Part shown: in pieces, positions 47,197-55,649 of the stretch
How the letters are laid out: every line of letters starts with the position of its first letter
Numbering within the stretch: the first letter of the stretch is position 1
Source: a virus
Virus record (IMG/VR): IMGVR_UViG_3300046170_000464
Span: 1-64,000 of that record
DNA: 64,000 nt
Direction: 5' to 3' (one strand)
Translations under genes and position numbers: made by a program
The notes under the pieces: model-generated
The model's database searches: none
What the model saw: only the letters and a program-made list of their open reading frames with translations
Told to the model about the DNA's origin: nothing

Positions 47197-47748
47197 ATGA
47201 TTGGTCACATCACCTATTCTGCTGTTAATAAAGGTACATCCTTTGTTTCTGCTACAGGAGCAACTTATGTGCTGATGAATAATCAGACAATAAGCCGAAC
47301 GTCCTTCCCTAACTTATCTGTATACTGGGCTATAGGCTCTTTCGGTTCTACTGCAACCGAAATGGTTATTCCCGATATATCGTATTGTCAATTACGAGGT
47401 GTTGATTTAGGTCGGGGCGCTGATCCAGATAGGGCAGATAGAGTATCTATTTCTGGTATTCTTCCTTCGGGTGAGCAGACAGGCAGTTTTCAGGCTGGAC
47501 AGATGTTGTCACATGTTCATGTTTCTGGCACAGGTGCAAGTGGATTCCATGGTTTTGGACCTAATCCTATTTGCCCCTCAAACCAGTACACGCCTTGTGG
47601 CCCACTGACGCTTACAGAAGTAACAAGTACGAATATTCCATACTATAGTCCTGATCACGGGACTAATATTCACACGTCAGGCACTACAGCTAATTGTTTT
47701 GAAGTAGGTGGTGTTACTTGTTTTCCTTATATTTGTGTAGCTGTATAA
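47197..47748 (+). CDS. Tail-collar-domain fibre protein
   Basis: ISRTSFPNL, IPD...LRGVDLGRGADPDR, GSFQ...SHVH. Confidence 0.8.
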   Translation: MIGHITYSAVNKGTSFVSATGATYVLMNNQTISRTSFPNLSVYWAIGSFGSTATEMVIPDISYCQLRGVDLGRGADPDRADRVSISGILPSGEQTGSFQAGQMLSHVHVSGTGASGFHGFGPNPICPSNQYTPCGPLTLTEVTSTNIPYYSPDHGTNIHTSGTTANCFEVGGVTCFPYICVAV

Positions 47749-47750
47749 AT

Positions 47751-48392
47751 TTACCTAAGCCATGTAACAAGAGCATATCGTGTGCCTTTAGTTACTGGTA
47801 ATGCTTGATGAGGGTACATCCAGTTAGATGGAAAAAATATTCCAGTTCCTTTTTTTTGCTCAATTTTTACTGAATTATTAAAAAAAGATAAACCACCATC
47901 TTCAAAATCATCGTTAAGTTGTACTGAGCAGCTCACTTTTCTATTTATTCCTTCTAATTCTGTGCCTTTGTTGTCGTTAGCATATAACTCATCTATATGC
48001 TCCTTAAAAACACAGCCTTCGGAGTATTTAAGTATTGAATAACCCTCGTCGTATGTAAATTGTAAGTGTAGATATTGATCAACATATTTATGAGCACCAT
48101 GTGTAATTTGTTCAAATATTTTATTATCCATACTTTTTATTTTTTGAGAAAGGGGTAAATTAGATAACCAAATTTCTTCACTTGTTCTTACATCTTCTAC
48201 AACAACGTCGCTAGATACATAATCAACTTCGTTATATTTTTCAGGATTTATTTTTGGGTGGTTTACTCCGGATCGCACCCATGAATCTCCGTAATCTGTT
48301 TCTAAAGTTTCAATAATTTCGTCACATAAATCTTCTGAAAATAAACCGTGTTGAATATTTATAAATTCTTGTAAATTTTTATCACTGTACAT
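47751..48392 (-). CDS. 2OG-Fe(II) oxygenase (prolyl-4-hydroxylase-like)
   Basis: HID, LNDDFEDGGL, FPSNWMYPH, RYALVTW. Confidence 0.9.
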   Translation of the reverse strand: MYSDKNLQEFINIQHGLFSEDLCDEIIETLETDYGDSWVRSGVNHPKINPEKYNEVDYVSSDVVVEDVRTSEEIWLSNLPLSQKIKSMDNKIFEQITHGAHKYVDQYLHLQFTYDEGYSILKYSEGCVFKEHIDELYANDNKGTELEGINRKVSCSVQLNDDFEDGGLSFFNNSVKIEQKKGTGIFFPSNWMYPHQALPVTKGTRYALVTWLR

Positions 48393-48458
48393 ATTTATTT
48401 TTAAGCTAGCTGTTTTTTACAGTAGACATGTTACCATACTATTTAGGAATGTCTAAAA

Positions 48459-49031
48459 ATGCAACAGACTAAACCATATGAGTATATGCTTGTTGAGGAC
48501 TTTTTTACTCAAGAAGAACTAAGCGTTGTCTGGGATGATTTAGCGATTACATTTGCTCGATCTTTGTGGCAACCACGGTCCTTAGGACAGAATGAACCTA
48601 GCATGGTCTCTAGGTCTGGTTTATTTCTTGATAAAGAAAACAATCATTTACTGCAGGGTGTTACTAAATCAGTAGACAAATTATTTGACGGTTACACCAG
48701 CACATTTGCTGAAATGTGTTTCGCTAACTATCCGGTTATTAACACTAATCGTCACTCTATGTTATGTAGTCTTTATACAAATACTGGATTCTACAAAAAA
48801 CACAGAGATACTTCGGTTACGTCTGCTTTGATTTGGTTATGTAAAGAACCTAAATCTTTTACAGGCGGTGATTTAATTCTTCATGATTTAGACGAAACAA
48901 TACCCTTCAAAAATAACACAATGATAATGTTTCCAAGTCAGGCGTTTCACGAAGTAACTCCTGTAGTAATGGACGAGTCTTTAAGTGCAATAGAAGGAAG
49001 AATTTGCTTATCTATATTTATGTCTAATTAA
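48459..49031 (+). CDS. 2OG-Fe(II) oxygenase
   Basis: HRD, FTGGDL, FPS...HEV, GR. Confidence 0.9.
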   Translation: MQQTKPYEYMLVEDFFTQEELSVVWDDLAITFARSLWQPRSLGQNEPSMVSRSGLFLDKENNHLLQGVTKSVDKLFDGYTSTFAEMCFANYPVINTNRHSMLCSLYTNTGFYKKHRDTSVTSALIWLCKEPKSFTGGDLILHDLDETIPFKNNTMIMFPSQAFHEVTPVVMDESLSAIEGRICLSIFMSN

Positions 49032-49090
49032 CTCTGCTTTACTTTTAACTAAACATACGACTAAGCTATAGGTAAATCGCACCATTAATT

Positions 49091-49498
49091 TTGGTCGGTT
49101 CGGAACTTGAGCTTGTATTCAATCTCCAATGTTTACAGAAAAAGTCTGCTAGAAAACGGTTCCGACGAAGCATTTTGGACGACTGGCCCGAGTGTGCTTA
49201 TTGTGCTCGCCATAACCCCACTACTCTCGACCATGTTGTGCCCCGAGCTGGGGGAGGTCTACACACCCGAAACAACTTAATCGGGGCTTGTGGTGCTTGT
49301 AATCTAGAAAAATCAGACTCACCTTGGTTTGAGTGGTATCGGGGTCAAATTTTTTGGACTTCGGAAAGAGAAGACAAAATTTTAAAGTGGATTAACCAAC
49401 CTGATCCCGATAGTATTTCACCCATATGGGCTCAAAAATCAAGCGAAGAAATTCTTGCTTTACCTACAGCTGTTAATCTTACTTTGGTTAATCTATAA
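49091..49498 (+). CDS. HNH endonuclease
   Basis: CAYC...TLDHVVPR..GG....NL..AC..CN..K. Confidence 0.92.
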   Translation: MVGSELELVFNLQCLQKKSARKRFRRSILDDWPECAYCARHNPTTLDHVVPRAGGGLHTRNNLIGACGACNLEKSDSPWFEWYRGQIFWTSEREDKILKWINQPDPDSISPIWAQKSSEEILALPTAVNLTLVNL

Positions 49499-50069
49499 AT
49501 ATTTCTGGTTCAATTAAACTATACCAACCAGTCATTATGTATTTTTTTTCTGTTTTAGAAATAACTCCTCTGTGAGCGTGAGTAAAAGACGGAGGCCAAA
49601 TAAGCAGTTTTCCCTCTACAGCTTTTTCTTTTAAACCTAAATATACAAATTCTGTTTCTCCTTCGTCTTCGACGGTGTTTAAATAAATCATCCAAGTCAA
49701 AAATCTTTTACAGGTTCGTAACGATTCGTTTTCAAAATGCGTTGACTTATACCCACCTGCAGGAGGAGTATATTTTTGAATATTAAAGTCTTCTATAAGT
49801 CCAAAATCAGCCTCTTTAATTATTGGAAATTCTTCTGAATATTTTTTAACACCGTCCCATAAAAAGTTTAATAAGTTAACCATGCACGGTATCTGAGAAC
49901 CATTTTTTAAGGAAATAGATATGTCCAATGACTCTTTAATTTTTTTGTTAACTCCTCCAGATATGCGCCCTTCAGCTGCGTGGCTACTCTCATTATCTTC
50001 AAACCACTGTATCACTTCAGTGCACTTTACATTACTCGGTGCGTTGTAACGTCTGATAAAATTTTCCAA
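49488..50069 (-). CDS. 2OG-Fe(II) oxygenase
   Basis: HFE, WMIYLN.V...GETEF, WPPSFTHAHRG, KYIMTGW. Confidence 0.9.
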   Translation of the reverse strand: MENFIRRYNAPSNVKCTEVIQWFEDNESSHAAEGRISGGVNKKIKESLDISISLKNGSQIPCMVNLLNFLWDGVKKYSEEFPIIKEADFGLIEDFNIQKYTPPAGGYKSTHFENESLRTCKRFLTWMIYLNTVEDEGETEFVYLGLKEKAVEGKLLIWPPSFTHAHRGVISKTEKKYIMTGWYSLIEPEIFID

Positions 50070-50075
50070 AATAAT

Positions 50076-50273
50076 CTATAAAATTACACCGCAGTTACGA
50101 GGTCCACTACGGCGTATCTGTGACTTTAATTTTTTCTTGTAATTTATATTTTCTTTCTTATTTATCCATGTATCTTCGTTTAGTGTCTTTATCAAATCGT
50201 TAGTCTCTTTGCAGCTAAGAAATCCCTCAGGTACACCCGCTGACAAGAATAAAACCAACATCAACGACGTCAT
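50076..50273 (-). CDS. Small hypothetical protein
   Basis: Hydrophobic N-terminus, two Cys. Confidence 0.5.
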   Translation of the reverse strand: MTSLMLVLFLSAGVPEGFLSCKETNDLIKTLNEDTWINKKENINYKKKLKSQIRRSGPRNCGVIL

Positions 50274-50446
50274 TTTTTAGCAACCTTAGTAACAATACCG
50301 GCGATCATCTCAATAATTTTGTAAAATTTTGCGTAAATTTCGTCGTCTTTAGGAGTTGGGGTCATGTTGACAATAGCCAACGCAAGTAGATGAGCTGCAC
50401 CAGCGATTCCGACGATACTAGACCAGTTTTCTAGTAGGAAAGACAT
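50270..50446 (-). CDS. Small membrane protein (holin-like)
   Basis: IVNMTPTPKDD...YKIIE motif. Confidence 0.65.
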   Translation of the reverse strand: MSFLLENWSSIVGIAGAAHLLALAIVNMTPTPKDDEIYAKFYKIIEMIAGIVTKVAKK

Positions 50447-50493
50447 GATAAAAAGTCGATACAATATAAATATACTCCCAGAATTCTAAATCG

Positions 50494-50781
50494 ATGCCTG
50501 CCATTCTCGAGGACGCAGTCAAGTCAATTATGAAAGACAACCCCGATATGAAAGAGGGGGCTGCCTACGCGATTGCTACAAAAACTCTTCAAAAATCTGG
50601 AGATCTAAAAGACGGAACCGTGCAAGCGACTGAAAAAGGCAAGCGCCGTGGTGAGATGAGCAAGGCTACTCGTGCGAAAACGCGAGCTGAGAAATACAAG
50701 ATTGAGCGTGAAAAAGAACGTAAAGGTGAAGCAAAGTCGCGCGGTGGTCGTGATGAGCGGAGCACCAGCGGAAGGCTCTAA
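50494..50781 (+). CDS. Small basic phage protein
   Basis: AYAIATK.LQK.G.LK.G motif. Confidence 0.7.
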   Translation: MPAILEDAVKSIMKDNPDMKEGAAYAIATKTLQKSGDLKDGTVQATEKGKRRGEMSKATRAKTRAEKYKIEREKERKGEAKSRGGRDERSTSGRL

Positions 50782-51369
50782 GTGCCGGAGTTTTTACTCC
50801 CCGATATAAAGCTTCCGGAAGTTAAAAAATTTCCGGAACCTGTAATAGATTATTTAGCACCAAAACCGCCTGATTATCCGACGGTCTTGGTGCCTTCTTA
50901 TCGTCCTGGTAAAGCAGATAATTACCTGCCAAAAGTAACGCCAAAGGGTCCTGTTGAAGAACCTAAACCTGAAAAATCTGTTGCAGAAAAAATTGTTGAG
51001 GATGTCGTAGACGCTGTACAACCTTCCTTCGACGCATACTCTGGTCTAATAGATTCACTACGAGCAGATCTAGATAAATTCAAACTTGAAGTAGCTGAAA
51101 AAGAAGAAGCAGCTTCTCAAGTTGTTAATACTGTTAGTCTCCCTGGAAATTTAGAGATACCTATACCTAAACCTGAGATACTTGTCGCTGCTGGTACGAC
51201 GGCAACCATATCTGTGGCAGCAACGCTTACAGCCACTGCAGTTTTTAAAAAGTGCGTTAGTGCCCTAAAACCAATTGTTAAGCAAATATTTAATCGGGTT
51301 CAGCGGAAGTTAGGGAAGAAGCCCCCAACTTGGAGTAGGCAGCGATTGGCACAACGTCGTCGCAAATAG
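50782..51369 (+). CDS. Cyanophage conserved Pro-rich membrane protein
   Basis: IPIPKPEILVAAGTTATISVAATLTAT..K..KP..KQ. Confidence 0.7.
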   Translation: MPEFLLPDIKLPEVKKFPEPVIDYLAPKPPDYPTVLVPSYRPGKADNYLPKVTPKGPVEEPKPEKSVAEKIVEDVVDAVQPSFDAYSGLIDSLRADLDKFKLEVAEKEEAASQVVNTVSLPGNLEIPIPKPEILVAAGTTATISVAATLTATAVFKKCVSALKPIVKQIFNRVQRKLGKKPPTWSRQRLAQRRRK

Positions 51370-52126
51370 CTGAGTAAGGCGATTCGGGCCGGATCATGTA
51401 TCCCTTGTCGTACATATTTGTACACTCTCTCATTCTTGTGAGCAAGATATCTACTCTTGTTTTTTGTATTCTTTTACGACCTAGTTCTTTGCATATTTCT
51501 GTAATATTTCCGTCTAACGGGATGCTGATACTGATTTGAGCACCATAATTTTCACTGCGGGTGTACTGCGGGTGAAAGCCATTACCAAGATAAAAAGGTG
51601 AAAAAACCACAGTGCCGCTATTGCAGTAATGCCCAGCTCCGAATCCTTGTGTGCTGTAAGATCCTTGATTTATTTGCACCGCAGAATTTGTAACTGACCC
51701 GGTGCTTGAAGCGATCGGGTTTGCAATAACAGAAGTTCCTTCATTCGTCTGAGCGTAAGCGGTGTTACAGCACAGAGTTACTGCGAGAACACACTTAACG
51801 AAGTAGTTGTAGATTCTGTTTCTATCGTCCGTGTGATGTCTTGAGTTTCTGTGACAGCGTTGGCTGCTCTGGTTACTATCTCTAACTGCCAATTTTCTGC
51901 TCCGGTATTCATTGAGTAAGTAGTGCCCGTAGCTCCAATTGCTGCACTCGGAGTGGCGTTGTGTCCCGTGTAACTGGAGTATGCTCCTCCAAACTTTTCG
52001 ATTTCGATTGTTTCTGTGATTGTTTGTTCCGTGGTTGTGGTGCTGTTCATTGAGCCTTGAGTAAAGGCTGGTGCAGTGTTCGCGAATGCTCCAACTGGAC
52101 TGAAAAGACTCAGTAAAACTAGCCAT
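51290..52126 (-). CDS. Cyanophage conserved secreted protein (true start probably near 51800)
   Basis: ANP.ASSTGSVTNSAVQI...NYGAQI...PLD...CK...C.DVV. Confidence 0.65.
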   Translation of the reverse strand: MASFTESFQSSWSIREHCTSLYSRLNEQHHNHGTNNHRNNRNRKVWRSILQLHGTQRHSECSNWSYGHYLLNEYRSRKLAVRDSNQSSQRCHRNSRHHTDDRNRIYNYFVKCVLAVTLCCNTAYAQTNEGTSVIANPIASSTGSVTNSAVQINQGSYSTQGFGAGHYCNSGTVVFSPFYLGNGFHPQYTRSENYGAQISISIPLDGNITEICKELGRKRIQKTRVDILLTRMRECTNMYDKGYMIRPESPYSAICDDVVPIAAYSKLGASSLTSAEPD

Positions 52127-52140
52127 GTGAGTTTGGTCAT
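51778..52140 (-). CDS. Cyanophage conserved secreted Thr-rich protein
   Basis: Signal peptide, P.FTQGSMNSTT...TSLSVFSQ. Confidence 0.75.
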   Translation of the reverse strand: MTKLTWLVLLSLFSPVGAFANTAPAFTQGSMNSTTTTEQTITETIEIEKFGGAYSSYTGHNATPSAAIGATGTTYSMNTGAENWQLEIVTRAANAVTETQDITRTIETESTTTSLSVFSQ

Positions 52141-52397
52141 GGTTTACTTTTTGTAATATTATCCTCTTCTATCTTAGGTTTTTTTTGTTTTCCGTTGGTA
52201 TCAACTGCACGTGAAATTCCATAACCAGCTAAAGATCCACTGAAAATGGAGGCTATAAAAGTAGGATCCATTTTTTGAAAGTAGCCCATGTACGAGAGTG
52301 TTAGCAATGCAGCACTCCACGCAAGAACTGATACTTTTACGACTTCACCAAGTAATTCGAACGATCGTTTGCTACTTTGGCTTTCTTCTTCAGCCAT
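52137..52397 (-). CDS. Cyanophage conserved small membrane protein
   Basis: VLAWSAALLTLSY...DPTFIASIFSGSLA.YG. Confidence 0.75.
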   Translation of the reverse strand: MAEEESQSSKRSFELLGEVVKVSVLAWSAALLTLSYMGYFQKMDPTFIASIFSGSLAGYGISRAVDTNGKQKKPKIEEDNITKSKP

Positions 52398-52535
52398 GGC
52401 GTAGAAATTTACGTGTCGTACCTTAAGATACTGCCTTGATGATTACTTTTAAATGAGAAAATACGATTTGACTGTATTAGCTAAAATTAAAGGACGGGAT
52501 CATCTCCTTTCTCAATTCGTTTGTGAAATTATCTA

Positions 52536-52757
52536 ATGGCTGAGACTGCGAAGAAAAAACATCCTGAAAAATGGGCTAGAGCCAAGGCTAAAGCTCGTAA
52601 AAAAATGGGCGGACACTCTGCTCGAGCTATGCAGTTGGCTACCAAATACTACAAAGACGCGGGCGGAGAGTACGAAGGTAAAAAATCTAAGAAAAACAAA
52701 CTCTCTAAATGGTCTAAAGAGGATTGGCAGACCAAAGAAGAGTATGAAAAAAAGTGA
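52536..52757 (+). CDS. Small basic phage protein
   Basis: SARAMQLA.KYYK..GG.Y...LSKWSKEDW.T. Confidence 0.75.
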   Translation: MAETAKKKHPEKWARAKAKARKKMGGHSARAMQLATKYYKDAGGEYEGKKSKKNKLSKWSKEDWQTKEEYEKK

Positions 52758-52950
52758 TTTTGGAGAAGAAGCTTACGTAACTTGCATTTTTGACGAACGC
52801 TCTGTACGTGCGTTAAATGACGCTGTTATTTTCACTTTGAATAATTGGGCTGGTCAAGGAGATATTGACCAAGAAAAAATAATAGATTTGAGATACTTCC
52901 TACAAGGAGCTATATTTGAGTTTGAGTATGGAAGAGGCAGTGGCGGATAG
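52744..52950 (+). CDS. Hypothetical protein
   Basis: 68-aa overlapping ORF. Confidence 0.5.
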   Translation: MKKSDFGEEAYVTCIFDERSVRALNDAVIFTLNNWAGQGDIDQEKIIDLRYFLQGAIFEFEYGRGSGG

Positions 52951-53155
52951 AGCTCGGGAAAAAGGGAGGACAGAACGCTATCTGCCAAAAGCAGCGTGGG
53001 CGTCTATGTCAAAGGAAGAGCGTCGTGCTACCGACGAAAAGAAAAAGCGTGCCACAAAGGGAAAGCCTGTCAATACGCATGTAGCTAACACTGAGACAGC
53101 AAAAAGAGCTGGTAAAAAAGCTCGTTCTTACAAAGCATCTAAGAAAAATGGCTAA
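52940..53155 (+). CDS. Small basic phage protein
   Basis: ERYLPKAAW..MS..E..AT..KK. Confidence 0.7.
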   Translation: MADRAREKGRTERYLPKAAWASMSKEERRATDEKKKRATKGKPVNTHVANTETAKRAGKKARSYKASKKNG

Positions 53156-53279
53156 ACAGGGAACTTGTTGGGACGGCTACGTTCAAGAAGGTATGAAGAA
53201 AAAAGGGAATCGTATGGTTCCTAATTGCGTTCGGGCGAAGAAGAAGTCTCGGGCTCATCTTCGCAAAAAGAGTAAGTAG
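53148..53279 (+). CDS. Small basic phage protein (43 aa)
   Basis: CWDGYVQEGMKKKGNRMVPNCV motif. Confidence 0.7.
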   Translation: MAKQGTCWDGYVQEGMKKKGNRMVPNCVRAKKKSRAHLRKKSK

Positions 53280-53574
53280 ATCCCATAGCTGGGCCTAGCG
53301 GAGTATTCTCTCTATCTTCGTCAAAATTGAATTCGTAGTAAAGAGGCTCCAAATCTTTTGCTTCTGTAGTTGTCCAGTACTCATGTAGTTGCTCTGTTTG
53401 TATATTTAGACTTTTTAACGTCATTTGAGCCTTATATTCAATCCAGTCTTCGAAGCAGTGATGACGAATTTTTAAAATCCAGGGGTTAAAGCTAAGTTTT
53501 TTGTTCAGAAAACACAAAAAGTCTGTGGCTTGGTAAGCCATAGCGTTAATTTTGCTGTACTTGATGGGTTTCAT
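53221..53574 (-). CDS. Hypothetical protein
   Basis: 117-aa ORF. Confidence 0.5.
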   Translation of the reverse strand: MKPIKYSKINAMAYQATDFLCFLNKKLSFNPWILKIRHHCFEDWIEYKAQMTLKSLNIQTEQLHEYWTTTEAKDLEPLYYEFNFDEDRENTPLGPAMGSTYSFCEDEPETSSSPERN

Positions 53575-53640
53575 TTGATAAAAAATCTAAGTCCGTATTA
53601 TTAATACTAAAATAAAAGATATAAACGCAAACTAGATCAC

Positions 53641-54042
53641 ATGGCTCAGGTCACCTTTAATCGTGAACTTGGGGCTGCCCCAGTCGGGATTACTCGTTTT
53701 AGTCAGTATCGTTCTGAAGACGGTGGCAACGTCGTTGTCAACTTCACCACAGAAGATACTTCTGAAGGAACCTTTAAACGTGCTGATAAGTACGGTGTTA
53801 CCTCTAGTGCCACTGGAACAGGTACTGTGACACTTCAAGCAGGGTCGATGTCTGTAAAGCGTGTTTTCATTATGGATGGAACTGACGGTTCGATCTTGGG
53901 TGAGGTCGCTCCTCCTAAAACTTCAAACCGTCTTGATGTCTCGTTCACTTTCTCTGTGGGAGCATCGGTTGAGAACTATCTGTACGTTGAAAAAACTGAT
54001 CGTTCTCCCTGTGTTTACCGCGTCACTTACACTGCTGCTTAA
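53641..54042 (+). CDS. Putative virion structural protein
   Basis: Beta-rich 133-aa ORF with biased codon usage. Confidence 0.6.
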   Translation: MAQVTFNRELGAAPVGITRFSQYRSEDGGNVVVNFTTEDTSEGTFKRADKYGVTSSATGTGTVTLQAGSMSVKRVFIMDGTDGSILGEVAPPKTSNRLDVSFTFSVGASVENYLYVEKTDRSPCVYRVTYTAA

Positions 54043-54379
54043 ACCCAAACAGTAAAAAAATGACTTCCCCACAAGATTGGGAGTGCTCTATCGCTGAAAA
54101 AGTCTTAGAAACTATGGAAGAAGGGGGTAAAACCTCTTCTTCCTACTATGTTTCTTTACAAGAGCAACTGAAGCTGTGTGAGAAAAAAAATCAACAGCTT
54201 AGTCCTGAATCCTGATGGGTTTCTGTACGTATTAGCTGCTCTCCTTACGCAGTCAAGCTCACTGTCTTGGAAGCAGTTTTCTAGTCTTTACAACTCAACT
54301 TTAAGAGCTGCTCTGGTGGTGTTGTTATTTCACTTTGTCTTAGGCAAAATAAATCAAAGACACCAACGCTAGAACCAGG

Positions 54380-55183
54380 GTGACTACTGATAAGCACCCT
54401 CTTCTGAGTCAATCTCTTTATGCCAAGCATGATACTTGGTTGACTACTTCTGCTCAAGATCCTGATGAGCTAGATCCGACTGAAAAGCTTTTTGTTCAGC
54501 GAGGTAGTGCTTGGGAGTGGGTTCAGATAGTTATTTCAGCTGGTACTCCTTTCAAAGAGGTGCGGCTCAAAGCGCAGCCCGAAACCTCCTGGTATTTCTA
54601 TCAACCGCATTGGAAAATAATAAATGATCTAGACAAAGAATTTTTATACAAACCTAAGAAACATGTACAACTAAATACTCCCTATATAAAACAGTTAGGC
54701 CCTAATGACACAAACTGTTTTAGTGCATCTTGTGCCATGTTGTTAATGTCTCTCAAAGACATCGGCCCAGAAGAAGCTAAAGATTATATGGACGCGGTTT
54801 GTGAAAACGGAGAAAGTTCTGAAGCTTGGGTGCAGGTCAAAACGTTAGAACAATACGGTTTGCACGCAGAGTTTCGACAAGACGGGGACTGGAATGCCAT
54901 AGAACAGCTTTTAAGAGATGAAATTCCAGTTCCTTTAGGTATTTTGCATGCAGGACCTGTTGACAACCCAGGCGGAACTGGTCATTGGGTTTGCGCTGTG
55001 GGCATAACTGAAGACCAGAAAAACATAATCGTACATAACTCTTTAGGTGACTTGGATCTAGATGAGGGTGTTTATGAGTCTGATCATGGAGCGCATGTTA
55101 AATATGAGAAAACAAAGTTAGCTCCTCGCTGGATGGTGGAGAAGGGCTACAGTTCTGGGTGGTACATCAAAGCAAAACCATGA
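54380..55183 (+). CDS. C39-like peptidase, putative endolysin
   Basis: PYIKQ...CFSASCAM, GILH.G...GHW, GWY. N-terminal module of cyanophage lysin type. Confidence 0.8.
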   Translation: MTTDKHPLLSQSLYAKHDTWLTTSAQDPDELDPTEKLFVQRGSAWEWVQIVISAGTPFKEVRLKAQPETSWYFYQPHWKIINDLDKEFLYKPKKHVQLNTPYIKQLGPNDTNCFSASCAMLLMSLKDIGPEEAKDYMDAVCENGESSEAWVQVKTLEQYGLHAEFRQDGDWNAIEQLLRDEIPVPLGILHAGPVDNPGGTGHWVCAVGITEDQKNIIVHNSLGDLDLDEGVYESDHGAHVKYEKTKLAPRWMVEKGYSSGWYIKAKP

Positions 55184-55392
55184 CTTCGTATAACCAGATC
55201 TTTGAGACCTGGAGCAACGAGCAAGAAAATCGAAAAGCTCTGTTTATGGACTTTTTGTATCAGCGTTCTGGTCGGTCCAACAGCTTATATACCGGTTTGT
55301 GGGACGAGTGGTGCAGAGAGTCAGGTGAATCTGCTAGGGAAGATCATTTCACTGCTGTTCATACAGGTGATTGTAAAATTAAAACAACCTAA
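55180..55392 (+). CDS. Cyanophage hypothetical protein
   Basis: FMD.LY..SGR....YTGLW motif. Confidence 0.65.
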   Translation: MTSYNQIFETWSNEQENRKALFMDFLYQRSGRSNSLYTGLWDEWCRESGESAREDHFTAVHTGDCKIKTT

Positions 55393-55403
55393 GATTATTT
55401 AAT

Positions 55404-55640
55404 ATGGCGCAGCGCGATTATGAAAAAGAATATCGTGATTACCACGGTTCAAAACGTCAAAAGAAACGTCGTGCTGCGCGTAACAAGGCTCGTCGACATA
55501 TGGAAAAGAGTGGAAGAGTATCTAAGGGAGACGGAAGAGAAGTCGATCACAAAGATTTCAACCCGGAAAATAACAACTCTTCGAATATTCGGGTAGTTAA
55601 AGAGAAAACTAATCGCGAGAAACAGCCCAAACGAAGCTAA
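55404..55640 (+). CDS. Small HNH-like basic protein
   Basis: RDYEKEY..YHG...RAARNKARR...GDGREVDH...N...NR. Confidence 0.8.
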   Translation: MAQRDYEKEYRDYHGSKRQKKRRAARNKARRHMEKSGRVSKGDGREVDHKDFNPENNNSSNIRVVKEKTNREKQPKRS

Positions 55641-55649
55641 ACTAAACCT

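Noticed and set aside
46130-47748. Diversity-generating retroelement or invertible fibre cassette
   Set aside because: No reverse transcriptase, invertase or near-identical template/variable repeat pair seen.
49091-49498. Intron- or intein-associated homing element
   Set aside because: Free-standing HNH between intact genes. No split host gene or group I intron core noticed.
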